From Granulosicoccus sp. (lineage in GTDB: Bacteria > Pseudomonadota > Gammaproteobacteria > Granulosicoccales > Granulosicoccaceae): a DNA stretch of 64,000 nucleotides. The notes under the pieces were generated by a model. That model was not told the origin of the DNA, ran no database searches, and saw only the letters and a list, made by a program, of their open reading frames with translations. Location: NCBI GenBank assembly GCA_020627685.1, contig JAHDGK010000007.1, positions 27,612 to 91,611 of the forward strand, in the 5' to 3' direction. Every line of letters begins with the position of its first letter. Position 1 is the first letter of the stretch. Positions 11,001 to 19,204 of the stretch are shown here, piece after piece. Position numbers and translations under genes: made by a program.

Positions 11001-11915
11001 GTAAACCGAAAGCTACCGGGCAAGTCAATGTTGCCTGCCAAAACCACTCGAGCTTTGTTAGGAATAGAAAATAAGGAATACGTACCTATCATCCGTGATC
11101 CGGAAAAAGCGACCGAAGACAGCGAGGCTGTGTTTTATTTTCCTGGGTGTGGTTCGGAGCGCTTGTTCAGTCAGGTTGGTTTAGCCACCTTGGCCATGCT
11201 TTACGATACGGGAAGTAAAACGGTACTCCCGCCGGGTTACCTGTGTTGTGGTTATCCTCAAACGTCCAGCGGCGATGTGGATAAAGGTAAGCAAATAACC
11301 ACCGAGAACAGGGTCTTGTTTCATCGTGTTGCGAACACGCTTAATTATCTAGATATAAAGACCGTTATTGTGTCCTGCGGTACGTGCATGGATCAATTGC
11401 TCAAATACGAGTTTGGACAAATATTTCCAGATTGCAGGTTGCTGGACATACATGAATATTTGATGGAAAAAAACTACTCGCTGGACGGGGTGAGCGGTGA
11501 ACACTACGTTTACCACGACCCATGTCATAGCCCCATGAAAACCTATCAGCCTATGCAGGTTACCGAAGCATTATTAGGTAAAAGCGTGACTGAGTCGGAC
11601 AGGTGCTGCGGTGAATCTGGAACCTTCGCAGTATCCCGACCTGATATCGCAACACAGGTACGTCAGCGAAAAGCTCAGGAGTTGCAAGCCAACCTTGCCG
11701 CTAACAATGTGGCCTCCGGAGACTTATCGCATAGTGTGAAAATGATGACGTCTTGTCCGGCTTGTGTGCAGGGGCTTAGCCGATATAAAGACGAGACGGG
11801 AATGGATACGGATTACATCGTTGTCGAGCTGGCCAAAGGGCTCTTTGGTGAAAACTGGGCTAACGAATTCGTAGATCGTGCGAACGATGGTGGTGTGGAA
11901 CAAGTACTCTTATAA
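8022..11915 (+). CDS. Large FAD-linked/(4Fe-4S) oxidoreductase (GlcD-like FAD domain + ferredoxin + GlpC/CCG domains; DUF3683-type N-terminus)
   Basis: REIPYNYTSFSDREI N-terminus, PRGGGTGYTGG FAD motif, HAGDGNIH, SGEHGIG, CLRCGKCKPVC, CTVCHKCLTPC and CCG motifs. Confidence 0.85.
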   Translation: MNAPLASAPLDLPPKQLREIPYNYTSFSDREITLRYLGEEGWRLIQSLRDQRRTGQSARMLFEVLGDIWVIDRNPFIQEDMLTNRRRRDALVGALGHRVSQIVDRQSGDERVDTLIKLANSAIQDFQTRLTDMQAYRKTVRQAMRGVTHPDNIRFDGLSRVSHVTDATDWRVELPFVVITPDTERELPAIVKKCIELSLTIVPRGGGTGYTGGAIPLHARTAVINIEKLDARAPIEHTTLAATDEYPERQVHTIKVESGVVTRRVSEDASAKGLAFAVDPTSQDASTIGGNIAMNAGGKKAVIWGTTLDNLLSWRMVDPNGHWLDVERIDHNLGKIHLQESVRFKVTRSDAESGALIGEPWVIDAAGSSLRQQGLGKDVTDKFLGGLPGVQKEGCDGLITSAVFILHRMPDNIRTVCMEFYGKDLRQAVLGITEVKDYIDNTDGIELAGLEHLDDRYIKAVKYSAKAARGELPKMLLLADIVSDDADLVGRVASGVVRLVNKRGAEGFIAVSAEARSQFWAARSRTAAIAAHTNAFKINEDVVIPLSRLADYSEGIERINIEHALSNKLMMLEHVRQLLRSGEGESLAAVGLDDSDETKTIVRDSLDAALEVLDGTYQRWSELYEQLQASDEAFLEALRESREPVEADTCVLALLRRDDVISYRASVEKPLKERFSGNRYVRLCKRIDEIHAKWRPQRLFTALHMHAGDGNIHTNIPVNSNDYTMLQQAEGIVERVMELATLLGGVISGEHGIGLTKIKYMDQSVINAFADYKSEVDPNGHFNKGKLMPGSSLENAYTPSLRLVQQEALILEQSELGSLNDSIKDCLRCGKCKPVCATHSPGANLLYSPRNKVLGTGLIIEAFLYEEQTRRGLSIRHFDEMNDIADHCTVCHKCLTPCPVDIDFGEVSITMRKILGDRGQKNFNLGTKMSMAFLNVKDPATIKVMRKGMIEWGFKAQRTANEVVGRLPKVVNAKSEPRNTNGGTPPIEQVVHFVNRKLPGKSMLPAKTTRALLGIENKEYVPIIRDPEKATEDSEAVFYFPGCGSERLFSQVGLATLAMLYDTGSKTVLPPGYLCCGYPQTSSGDVDKGKQITTENRVLFHRVANTLNYLDIKTVIVSCGTCMDQLLKYEFGQIFPDCRLLDIHEYLMEKNYSLDGVSGEHYVYHDPCHSPMKTYQPMQVTEALLGKSVTESDRCCGESGTFAVSRPDIATQVRQRKAQELQANLAANNVASGDLSHSVKMMTSCPACVQGLSRYKDETGMDTDYIVVELAKGLFGENWANEFVDRANDGGVEQVLL

Positions 11916-11921
11916 GACAGT

Positions 11922-11963
11922 TGTCAGTTCATGCGGCTGTTTACACAGCTGCATGAACTGACA
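11922..11963. terminator. Long hairpin between convergent genes
   Basis: TGTCAGTTCATGCGGCTG-TTTACA-CAGCTGCATGAACTGACA, 18-bp stem with one G-U pair. Confidence 0.7.
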
Positions 11964-11970
11964 TTGTTGA

Positions 11971-13281
11971 CTACGGTCTGTCGAATATCGAGCCAGACGT
12001 TGGGCTGAGTAGTTTGTGGTACAGCTTGCCAGCCGACACATCAGTCATGCTAGACAGAAAATCGGCAATTGCGCGATAGCCGCATTCTTCGTATTGTTCG
12101 TAAACGGCTACCGGTAAAAGCCGTTTAGGGTTGGCAGCGAAAATTTCAAAGAGTCGTACGACCACGCGTTGCCCTTTGTATTGCAGCATTTGCAATTCAG
12201 GGCGAAATATCACGTCGCGCATAACAAAGTCTTTTATCAGAAGTAAGATTTTATAGGCCATGCTTTCCATGCGAACCTGTAGGCGAAGCAGATCTGCTTC
12301 AAAGCCGTCTTGCTCATCAATATAAATACTGCGTATGAGGTAACCGACCAGACGGCTGATAGCGTGTTTACGGTCTTTCGCAGAAGAGCTGAACAATAAC
12401 TGATTGAACTCATCCATCCGGTCATTAACGGGGTTTGAATCAAAAGATTCAAGCACGGCAACGACTTTTTCCTGCCAAGCTTCGCGATCGACTAAACCTA
12501 ACGCTAATGCATCCTCCAGATCATGTACACCATAGGCAATGTCATCAGCCAGCTCCATGATGCTGGTGTCAAAGCACTTGTATTTTGTTTTCGCATGGCC
12601 GGGCTTTGGGCGTTCAAGCGATAAAAACCGGCTTCGGTCTTCTTCTGAGAAAGGTTCGAGTAGCCAATCGAGCACATCGCGTTCTGCATCGTATATGCAC
12701 TTGGGTGGAGACCAGTGATCGATGTTCAGAGAGTTTTCGTTTTCAACGGGAATGTACTCACAGACTTCAGAATAAAATGCCGGGTACTTGATTGTGCCAA
12801 GCATCGTTCTTCGCGTCAGATCGAGTCCGCAGGAGGGGGAGTATTCGCCTAGTCTTGCCAGTATCCTTAGGGTTTGGCCGTTTGCTTCGAATCCGCCGTG
12901 GTCGCGCATCATGGTATTCATAGCTACTTCTCCACCATGCCCGAATGGCGAGTGGCCGATATCGTGGGCCAGGCAAATGGCTTCTATCAAGCTGAAGGAG
13001 GGAATGAGATCAACATGCGCCTCATTGCTTTTCTGATCACGCAGCCATTCGCAAATGCCAGAACCCACTTGCGCAACTTCCAAGGAGTGGGTCAGTCGTG
13101 TTCTGTAAAAATCGGACTCCCCCAGTCCCAGGACTTGCGTTTTGGACTGTAGGCTTCGAAAGGATGCACTGTGAATTATTCGTGCACGATCTCGTTGATA
13201 CTGACTATCCTGGCCGGTGCTGTTGAAGCCGCGGCTCGGATTGCGTTCTAACTCCGATCGACGCTCTAGCCATACACTCAA
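11971..13281 (-). CDS. dgt: dGTP triphosphohydrolase family HD protein
   Basis: RDRARIIHSASFRSLQSKTQV, RTRLTHSLEVAQ, HDIGH.PFGHGGE, FEANGQT and ADDIAYGVHDLED motifs; AAGGAG RBS before the TTG start. Confidence 0.9.
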   Translation of the reverse strand: MSVWLERRSELERNPSRGFNSTGQDSQYQRDRARIIHSASFRSLQSKTQVLGLGESDFYRTRLTHSLEVAQVGSGICEWLRDQKSNEAHVDLIPSFSLIEAICLAHDIGHSPFGHGGEVAMNTMMRDHGGFEANGQTLRILARLGEYSPSCGLDLTRRTMLGTIKYPAFYSEVCEYIPVENENSLNIDHWSPPKCIYDAERDVLDWLLEPFSEEDRSRFLSLERPKPGHAKTKYKCFDTSIMELADDIAYGVHDLEDALALGLVDREAWQEKVVAVLESFDSNPVNDRMDEFNQLLFSSSAKDRKHAISRLVGYLIRSIYIDEQDGFEADLLRLQVRMESMAYKILLLIKDFVMRDVIFRPELQMLQYKGQRVVVRLFEIFAANPKRLLPVAVYEQYEECGYRAIADFLSSMTDVSAGKLYHKLLSPTSGSIFDRP

Positions 13282-13628
13282 CTTATCTTCTCCTTACGGT
13301 AATCATTCACTGAATGCTACACCTGGTTGTTGGGCTTTACCTGTAACCCATCTATCAATAAAGGGGCCAGATAACGGCTAAGTTTAGGGTATTGTGCGCG
13401 TCAGGGTGAGAATTGATATTTGTTAGTTTCTTCACCCACTATTATAGATCCGGTTATTACCTTAAGCCGTACGAAACCTTAGATGATCAGCGAGGTCTAC
13501 AGGTTCGAATGCCCGCAAATCGGGCAGTCGAGAAAAAATTTTGCGTGTTGCAAAATGTATCAATTTATAAGGCTGTGTTCACGTAGCATTCCACAGTTAA
13601 AGACGTTTACGAAACTGCAAAAAATATA

Positions 13629-14567
13629 ATGGCTAGAAAACCAAGGATTCACTTCTCAGGCGCTGTGTACCACGTCATTCTCAAAGGCTTGGAAAATCAG
13701 GCCATATTTAAGGGCGTGTCAGATCGTCGTGCATGGGAAGTTCTGGTAGGAGAGGGTTCTGCGCGTTTTGACCACACCATAATTGCTTACTGTTGGGCTA
13801 AAGACCACGTTCAGATGGCTGTTAAGGTGGGCGATGTACCATTGTCCAAAGTCATGCAGAATTTGTCTTTTCGTTACACCAGATACTTCAACAAGCAACA
13901 TAAAAGAAGCGGGCCGCTGTTCCATGGCCGTTACAAGGCAATTCTTATTGATGAAGATCAATACCTAAACGATCTTGTTCGATTCATTCATAACAACCCT
14001 GTTAGATCAAAAGTATCCAAAGACGCCTCGAGTGCGAAGTGGACCAGCCACGCGGCGTATATGGGAACTGAAGAGCACTCTTGGCTAAGTACAAGTCCCG
14101 TACTCAGCACGTTCGGAAAAACATCTAAAACAGCAAAGAACGCTTTTGCCCGCTTTGTCGATGCCGGTAAGGATGAAACCGAGCGCACCGATTTGGTGCG
14201 AGGTTCCGAAGGTGGTCGCGTATTGGGCGACAAGAAGTTTGTAAAGAAGGCGTTGAAGCCTGTAAAAGTTGCTCCTGCTCCAATGACAGAAAACCAATTG
14301 GTCAAGCGTGTGTGCCGCGAAGAAGGAATAAAAGAGCTTGCGCTAAAAAGCGAAAGTCGGGCACGAAGAGAGAGTCAGATCAGGCAGTCCATTACGTATC
14401 TCGCAATGGAACTCAATATTGCAACTCTGACGGCAATGGCCGATCGATTTAATCGCGATCTAACGACGATGAGTCGGAACCAACGCTACTTCAGGGACAA
14501 GCTTGCTGAAGATCGTGATTTACAGAAACACGTGAAGCAGTTGCGCAAAAAAGTTCTTGCCGGCTGA
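13629..14567 (+). CDS. Y1 (IS200/RAYT-like) transposase-fold protein with C-terminal DnaA-C-like HTH; predicted catalytically inactive
   Basis: MARKPRI...YHVILKG...LSFRYTRYFN...LFHGRYKAILID...NPVR is colinear with Y1_Tnp proteins, but the motifs read HVQ and RFIHNNP. The C-terminal RVCREEG...YLAMEL...FNRDLTTM region resembles DnaA domain IV. Confidence 0.8.
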   Translation: MARKPRIHFSGAVYHVILKGLENQAIFKGVSDRRAWEVLVGEGSARFDHTIIAYCWAKDHVQMAVKVGDVPLSKVMQNLSFRYTRYFNKQHKRSGPLFHGRYKAILIDEDQYLNDLVRFIHNNPVRSKVSKDASSAKWTSHAAYMGTEEHSWLSTSPVLSTFGKTSKTAKNAFARFVDAGKDETERTDLVRGSEGGRVLGDKKFVKKALKPVKVAPAPMTENQLVKRVCREEGIKELALKSESRARRESQIRQSITYLAMELNIATLTAMADRFNRDLTTMSRNQRYFRDKLAEDRDLQKHVKQLRKKVLAG

Positions 14568-15096
14568 ATCGACTCCGGTGTCATCGGTACAAAACGAATG
14601 GCTAGATGTCGTTGATGAAAACGACAAGGTAGTGGGGCGGGCGACCCGTCAAGAGGTTCATAAGGACAACCTCATACATCGGTCCGCGCATATCCTTTTA
14701 CTCAATTCAAAAGATCAAATTTTCGTACAACTCCGGAGTCTTTCAAAAGACAATAGCGCGGGCCTCTGGGACACCAGTGCAGCTGGTCATGTTGATAGCG
14801 GCGAGAGTTACCTGCAATGCGCCGTCAGGGAGTTAGCGGAAGAGCTAGGAGTTGTGTTGTCTGCAGACGATTTAATCCCCGTCGGTCGATTGCCACCGGA
14901 AAGTAGCAACGGCTTTGAATTTACCCAGATCTACACGGCACGCTCTGATCAGCCCTTGACTCTTCAGGCCGAAGAAATCGACGATGGTCGCTGGGTGAGC
15001 GCTGACCAACTCGATCGTTGGATTTCAGAAGACAGGGCGGCTTTTACTGACACCTTCCTCACCATTTGGGCAAATGTGAAGCCCGGTACACAGTAA
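14557..15096 (+). CDS. Nudix hydrolase (IPP-isomerase/YfcD-like)
   Basis: LDVVDENDKVVG, HRSAHILL, WDTSAAGHV and Nudix box GESYLQCAVRELAEELG; overlaps the upstream gene by 11 bp. Confidence 0.85.
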   Translation: MPAESTPVSSVQNEWLDVVDENDKVVGRATRQEVHKDNLIHRSAHILLLNSKDQIFVQLRSLSKDNSAGLWDTSAAGHVDSGESYLQCAVRELAEELGVVLSADDLIPVGRLPPESSNGFEFTQIYTARSDQPLTLQAEEIDDGRWVSADQLDRWISEDRAAFTDTFLTIWANVKPGTQ

Positions 15097-15240
15097 ACCA
15101 CCGACTGCGAACGGCTTTAGTTCGTCCAGTGACGGGTGCCTCTGGTACCAAAGCGGTAAAGTGTCTGTAGGTCGAGTTGGCTTGGGTTTTTTGCTACAAG
15201 TATCTCGGACGTTCCCTTTAACAAGCTGAGGTATTTCCAA

Positions 15241-17697
15241 GTGTCTGAATCGCTTCCGAACAAGGCAAGTGCGGTCATTATCGGGGGAGGAGTGACCGGC
15301 GCCAGTGTCGCTTACCACCTGGCCAAATTAGGTTGGGAAGATGTCGTTTTGCTTGAGCGAAAACAGTTTGCCTGTGGCACAACGTGGCATGCTGCCGGCC
15401 TGATCGGGACAGTTCGGGCCAACGAGAGCCACGCCCGTCTCACCGAATACTCCATGCGTCTCTTGCACGATCTGGAGGTTGAGACCGGCCAGTCCACAGG
15501 TTTTCGGCAAGTAGGAAGTCTCTCTATAGCCCACAGTGAAGCTCGTTGGGAGGAGCTTCGTCGGGTTGCTGCCATGAACAATGCTTTCAATGTCACGCGG
15601 GTCGATTCGGTCACGCCTGAAGAAATAGGAGCGTTATTCCCGCTGGTTGATACGTCCGGGCTTATTGGAGGCACGTTTGTCGAACACGATGGCAAGGGCA
15701 ACCCTATCGAAATTACGACCGCATTCATCAAAGGCGCTAGAATGCGTGGCGCAAAATGCATAGAAGGCATTCGAGTTGATGACGTGCTCATCGAGAACAA
15801 GCGTGTCAAAGGTGTGGTTACCGATCAAGGCACCATTGCGACAGACTTTGTCGTCAACTGCGGCGGAATGTGGGCCCGAGAGTTAGGACAACGTAGTGGT
15901 GTGAATATTCCTTTGCACGCCTGCGAACACTACTACGCAGTCACTGAAAAGCATGATCTGGTAACACCTGACTTGCCTGTCCTGCGAGATCACGACAAGT
16001 GCGTTTACATTAAAGAAGACGCTGGAGGTTTACTGGTCGGTGCCTTTGAGAAAAAAGCGTTGGCCTGGGGCCAGAACGGGATACCGGAAGACTTCTCGTT
16101 TGATGAGCTTCCCGGTCATATGGAAGAGCAGCTAATGCCTGTTCTCGAAGACGCCATGATACGAGTGCCGATGTTGAGTGATGTCGGTTGGCGCAGTTTT
16201 TTCTGTGGACCGGAATCCTTCACGCCCGATGATCAATTCCATGTCGGTGAAGCACCCGAGGTTCAAGGCTACTTCGTTGCTGCAGGTCTCAACTCTGTGG
16301 GCATTCAAAGTTCAGGTGGTATTGGAAAAGTGTGTGCCGAATGGATGCATCACGGTCACTCGCCATTGGACCTTTGGGGCAATGATATCCGCCGTATGTA
16401 TCCGTTTATGGGAACACAGGCTTTCGCTGCCGAGCGTGCTGAAGAATCATTGGGACTACTCTACGAGCGACACTATCCCTTCCGTCAATTTGAAACAGGC
16501 CGTAACGCACGACTCTCACCCATTCATCAGCGCTTAACAGAGCATAATGCGTGCTTTGGCCAGGTTGCTGGCTGGGAGCGTCCTAACTGGTTTGCACCAG
16601 AAGGCGTTGAGCCTAAATACGAATACAGTTTCGGCAGACAGAACTGGTTTGATTATTCAGCTCAAGAACATGCGGCTGCACGCAATTCGGTTGCCTTGTT
16701 CGATCAATCCAGTTTCTCTAAATATCTCGTTCAGGGCCGCGATGCGGTGTCCGTTTTACAACGCATATGCACAGCCGATATCGATGTTAGTGCTGAGAAA
16801 ATTGTGTACACACACTGGCTCAATGAGCGAGGCGGCATCGAGGCAGACCTAACTGTCACGCGTCTTGCGGAAACTGAATTCATGGTCATTAGCGGTGCAG
16901 CAACCACGCATAAGGATCTCGATTGGCTGCGGCGACATATCGGTGCAGACGATTTTTGCACGGTCACTGATGTCACTAATCAATATGCCGTATTCGGCGT
17001 TATGGGACCAAACAGCCGGGCGATGCTTGAACCACTGCTTAACCTAGATTTATCGAACGACGCATTTCCGTTCGGTCGCAGTGTCAATGGGGAGCTGGGT
17101 TATGCGCCTATCCGAGTCACTCGAGTGTCGTTTGTCGGTGAGCTGGGTTGGGAGTTGTGTGTCCCAACTGATATGGCGGTACCTACCTTTGATCGTCTCT
17201 GGGCGGCGGGGCAAGCGCACGGTCTGCAGCTCGCAGGCTTGCACGCTCTGGATAGCTGCAGGATAGAAAAGAAATTTTTGCACTTCGGTCATGATGTTGC
17301 AGATGAAGACACGCCTCTAGAGGCCGGTGTGGGTTTTGTTTGTGCGATGGACAAGTCCATTCCTTTCATTGGTCATGATGCTATTGCTCGTCAGAAAGAC
17401 AGTAAGTCTCATCTGAATAAACGTCTGGTTCAATTTGTCCTGAAAGATCCTGAGCCGCTGTTCTACCACCACGAGCCAATCGTTATGAATGGTCAGTGTG
17501 TCGGTTATCTAACCTCGGGCAATTATGGGCATACCCTGGGCGCGTCTGTAGGCCTTGGCTATGTAAAAAGTTCTGATCCGGTTACCACAGATTGGCTAGC
17601 GTCACAGCAGTGGCAGATTGACGTGGGTGGACAAATGTTTGACGCAGAGGCCTCTCTGCGCGCAGCTTACGACCCTGCTGGCGAGCGTATGAGGTAG
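15241..17697 (+). CDS. GcvT-family FAD-dependent dehydrogenase (dimethylglycine/sarcosine dehydrogenase-like)
   Basis: IIGGGVTG.S.AYHLAK, GTTWHAAGL, GPESFTPD, GWERPNWF and a folate-binding C-terminal domain (VSFVGELGWEL, RIEK). Confidence 0.88.
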   Translation: MSESLPNKASAVIIGGGVTGASVAYHLAKLGWEDVVLLERKQFACGTTWHAAGLIGTVRANESHARLTEYSMRLLHDLEVETGQSTGFRQVGSLSIAHSEARWEELRRVAAMNNAFNVTRVDSVTPEEIGALFPLVDTSGLIGGTFVEHDGKGNPIEITTAFIKGARMRGAKCIEGIRVDDVLIENKRVKGVVTDQGTIATDFVVNCGGMWARELGQRSGVNIPLHACEHYYAVTEKHDLVTPDLPVLRDHDKCVYIKEDAGGLLVGAFEKKALAWGQNGIPEDFSFDELPGHMEEQLMPVLEDAMIRVPMLSDVGWRSFFCGPESFTPDDQFHVGEAPEVQGYFVAAGLNSVGIQSSGGIGKVCAEWMHHGHSPLDLWGNDIRRMYPFMGTQAFAAERAEESLGLLYERHYPFRQFETGRNARLSPIHQRLTEHNACFGQVAGWERPNWFAPEGVEPKYEYSFGRQNWFDYSAQEHAAARNSVALFDQSSFSKYLVQGRDAVSVLQRICTADIDVSAEKIVYTHWLNERGGIEADLTVTRLAETEFMVISGAATTHKDLDWLRRHIGADDFCTVTDVTNQYAVFGVMGPNSRAMLEPLLNLDLSNDAFPFGRSVNGELGYAPIRVTRVSFVGELGWELCVPTDMAVPTFDRLWAAGQAHGLQLAGLHALDSCRIEKKFLHFGHDVADEDTPLEAGVGFVCAMDKSIPFIGHDAIARQKDSKSHLNKRLVQFVLKDPEPLFYHHEPIVMNGQCVGYLTSGNYGHTLGASVGLGYVKSSDPVTTDWLASQQWQIDVGGQMFDAEASLRAAYDPAGERMR

Positions 17698-17718
17698 GGC
17701 ACAACGCCTTATTCTTGT

Positions 17719-17748
17719 TTCCAGCCAGCCCCCTTTTGCTGGCTGGAA
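17719..17748 (+). terminator. Hairpin after the GcvT-family gene
   Basis: TTCCAGCCAGC-N8-GCTGGCTGGAA. Confidence 0.45.
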
Positions 17749-17795
17749 CATCCCGTGCTTGAAATGAGCCTCTTCGTAGGCTATTCACTGTCGGT

Positions 17796-18344
17796 ATGCA
17801 GATAATTGACACAGCGCTGGATTCAGTAAAAATTATTGAACCCAAAGTATTCGGTGATGACCGGGGATTCTTCATGGAATCCTGGAATCAGCAAATGTTT
17901 GAGGAGCATGGTTTGCCCACGACATTTGTACAGGATAATCACAGCCGGTCTTCTCAGGGTGTGCTTCGAGGCCTTCACTATCAAATAAAGAATGCACAGG
18001 GAAAGCTTGTGCGTGTCACCAGTGGAGAGGTCTTTGATGTCGCGGTTGATATGCGAAAGTCTTCCAAGCAATTCGGTCAATGGGTGGGTGTATTGCTCTC
18101 TGAATCCAACAAGCGCCAATTATGGGTGCCTGCAGGCTTTGCTCATGGCTTTTACGTTGTTTCAGAATCTGCAGACTTTCAATACAAGTGCACAGAATAC
18201 TACTCGCCTGAGTATGAACGAAGCTTGATCTGGAATGACCCGGCAGTTGGAATCGACTGGCCTTTGATCAATGGCACCGAGCCCTTGCTCGCAGCAAAAG
18301 ATGCAGACGGACTTCTTCTGGCTCAGTGCGATACATTTGACTAA
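17796..18344 (+). CDS. rfbC: dTDP-4-dehydrorhamnose 3,5-epimerase
   Basis: FGDDRGFFMES, QDNHSRS..GVLRGLHYQ, QGKLVRV and LWVPAGFAHGF motifs. Confidence 0.96.
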   Translation: MQIIDTALDSVKIIEPKVFGDDRGFFMESWNQQMFEEHGLPTTFVQDNHSRSSQGVLRGLHYQIKNAQGKLVRVTSGEVFDVAVDMRKSSKQFGQWVGVLLSESNKRQLWVPAGFAHGFYVVSESADFQYKCTEYYSPEYERSLIWNDPAVGIDWPLINGTEPLLAAKDADGLLLAQCDTFD

Positions 18345-19204
18345 TGAATGTCTTTATAACCGGTAGTGCCAGCGGGCAACTTCACTGGGAGTTGCTAAGA
18401 ACACAGCCAGCACACGTTAATCTGCTCACCGTCGCCGAGCGTTTGGACATCACGGATCGCGAGCGGGTGCTAAGTGAGCTTCGCCAACTTGCACCGGATG
18501 TCATCATCAATGCCGCGGCCTATACGGCGGTGGATAAAGCCGAAACAGAGCAAGAGATGGCGGCTGCAGTCAATACCGATGCGGTTGAGACTCTCTCAAT
18601 AGCGGCGTCTGAATTAAATGCACATCTGATTCATGTCTCGACAGATTTTGTCTTTGGCAAAGGAGACGGTTCACCGTTTGTTGAAAACTCTGATGTTGAT
18701 CCCGTCAGTGTTTATGGAAAAACGAAGTTGGCCGGTGAACGAATTTTGGCTGAAAACAATCCTGATTCATCGCTGGTTGTACGCACCGCGTGGGTGTATT
18801 CCTCCCACGGTGCCAATTTTGTGAAAACCATGCTTCGTTTGATGAAGGAGCGTGGCGAAGTAGGCGTCATAGCCGATCAAATTGGAAGCCCCACTTGGGC
18901 AAACTCATTGGCGCGTGCGCTATGGGTTGCCGCCGAAAAACGCTCAGCGGGCGTCATGCATTGGACCGGGGCAGGTGCGGCCAGCTGGTACGATTTTGCC
19001 GTCGCCATTGCAGAAGAGGCTCGGAGCATGGGATTGCTGGAGGCCGACGCTACTGTCAATCCGCTTACCACTGAACAATATCCGACACCTGCGGCTCGAC
19101 CGCACTACAGTGTTTTAGAGCTTACTCATACGTGGGAACGCCTAGGCATCAAATCTGCACATTGGCGAGAGGATCTACGCACAATGCTTAAGGAGCTCAT
19201 GTGA
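18344..19204 (+). CDS. rfbD: dTDP-4-dehydrorhamnose reductase
   Basis: NAAAYTAVDKAE, STDFVF, YGKTKLAGE, NFVKTML, DQIGSPT and YPTPAARP motifs. Confidence 0.95.
   Translation: MNVFITGSASGQLHWELLRTQPAHVNLLTVAERLDITDRERVLSELRQLAPDVIINAAAYTAVDKAETEQEMAAAVNTDAVETLSIAASELNAHLIHVSTDFVFGKGDGSPFVENSDVDPVSVYGKTKLAGERILAENNPDSSLVVRTAWVYSSHGANFVKTMLRLMKERGEVGVIADQIGSPTWANSLARALWVAAEKRSAGVMHWTGAGAASWYDFAVAIAEEARSMGLLEADATVNPLTTEQYPTPAARPHYSVLELTHTWERLGIKSAHWREDLRTMLKELM

Noticed and set aside
13339-13504. lux-box halves ACCTGTA and TACAGGT
   Set aside because: About 150 bp apart rather than forming a 20-bp palindrome.
13629-14567. Active IS200/IS605 element or RAYT with REP repeats
   Set aside because: The catalytic Tyr and second His are substituted, and there is no tnpB, no recognisable ends and no repeated REP family among the intergenic hairpins. 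Reported as a CDS and a finding instead.
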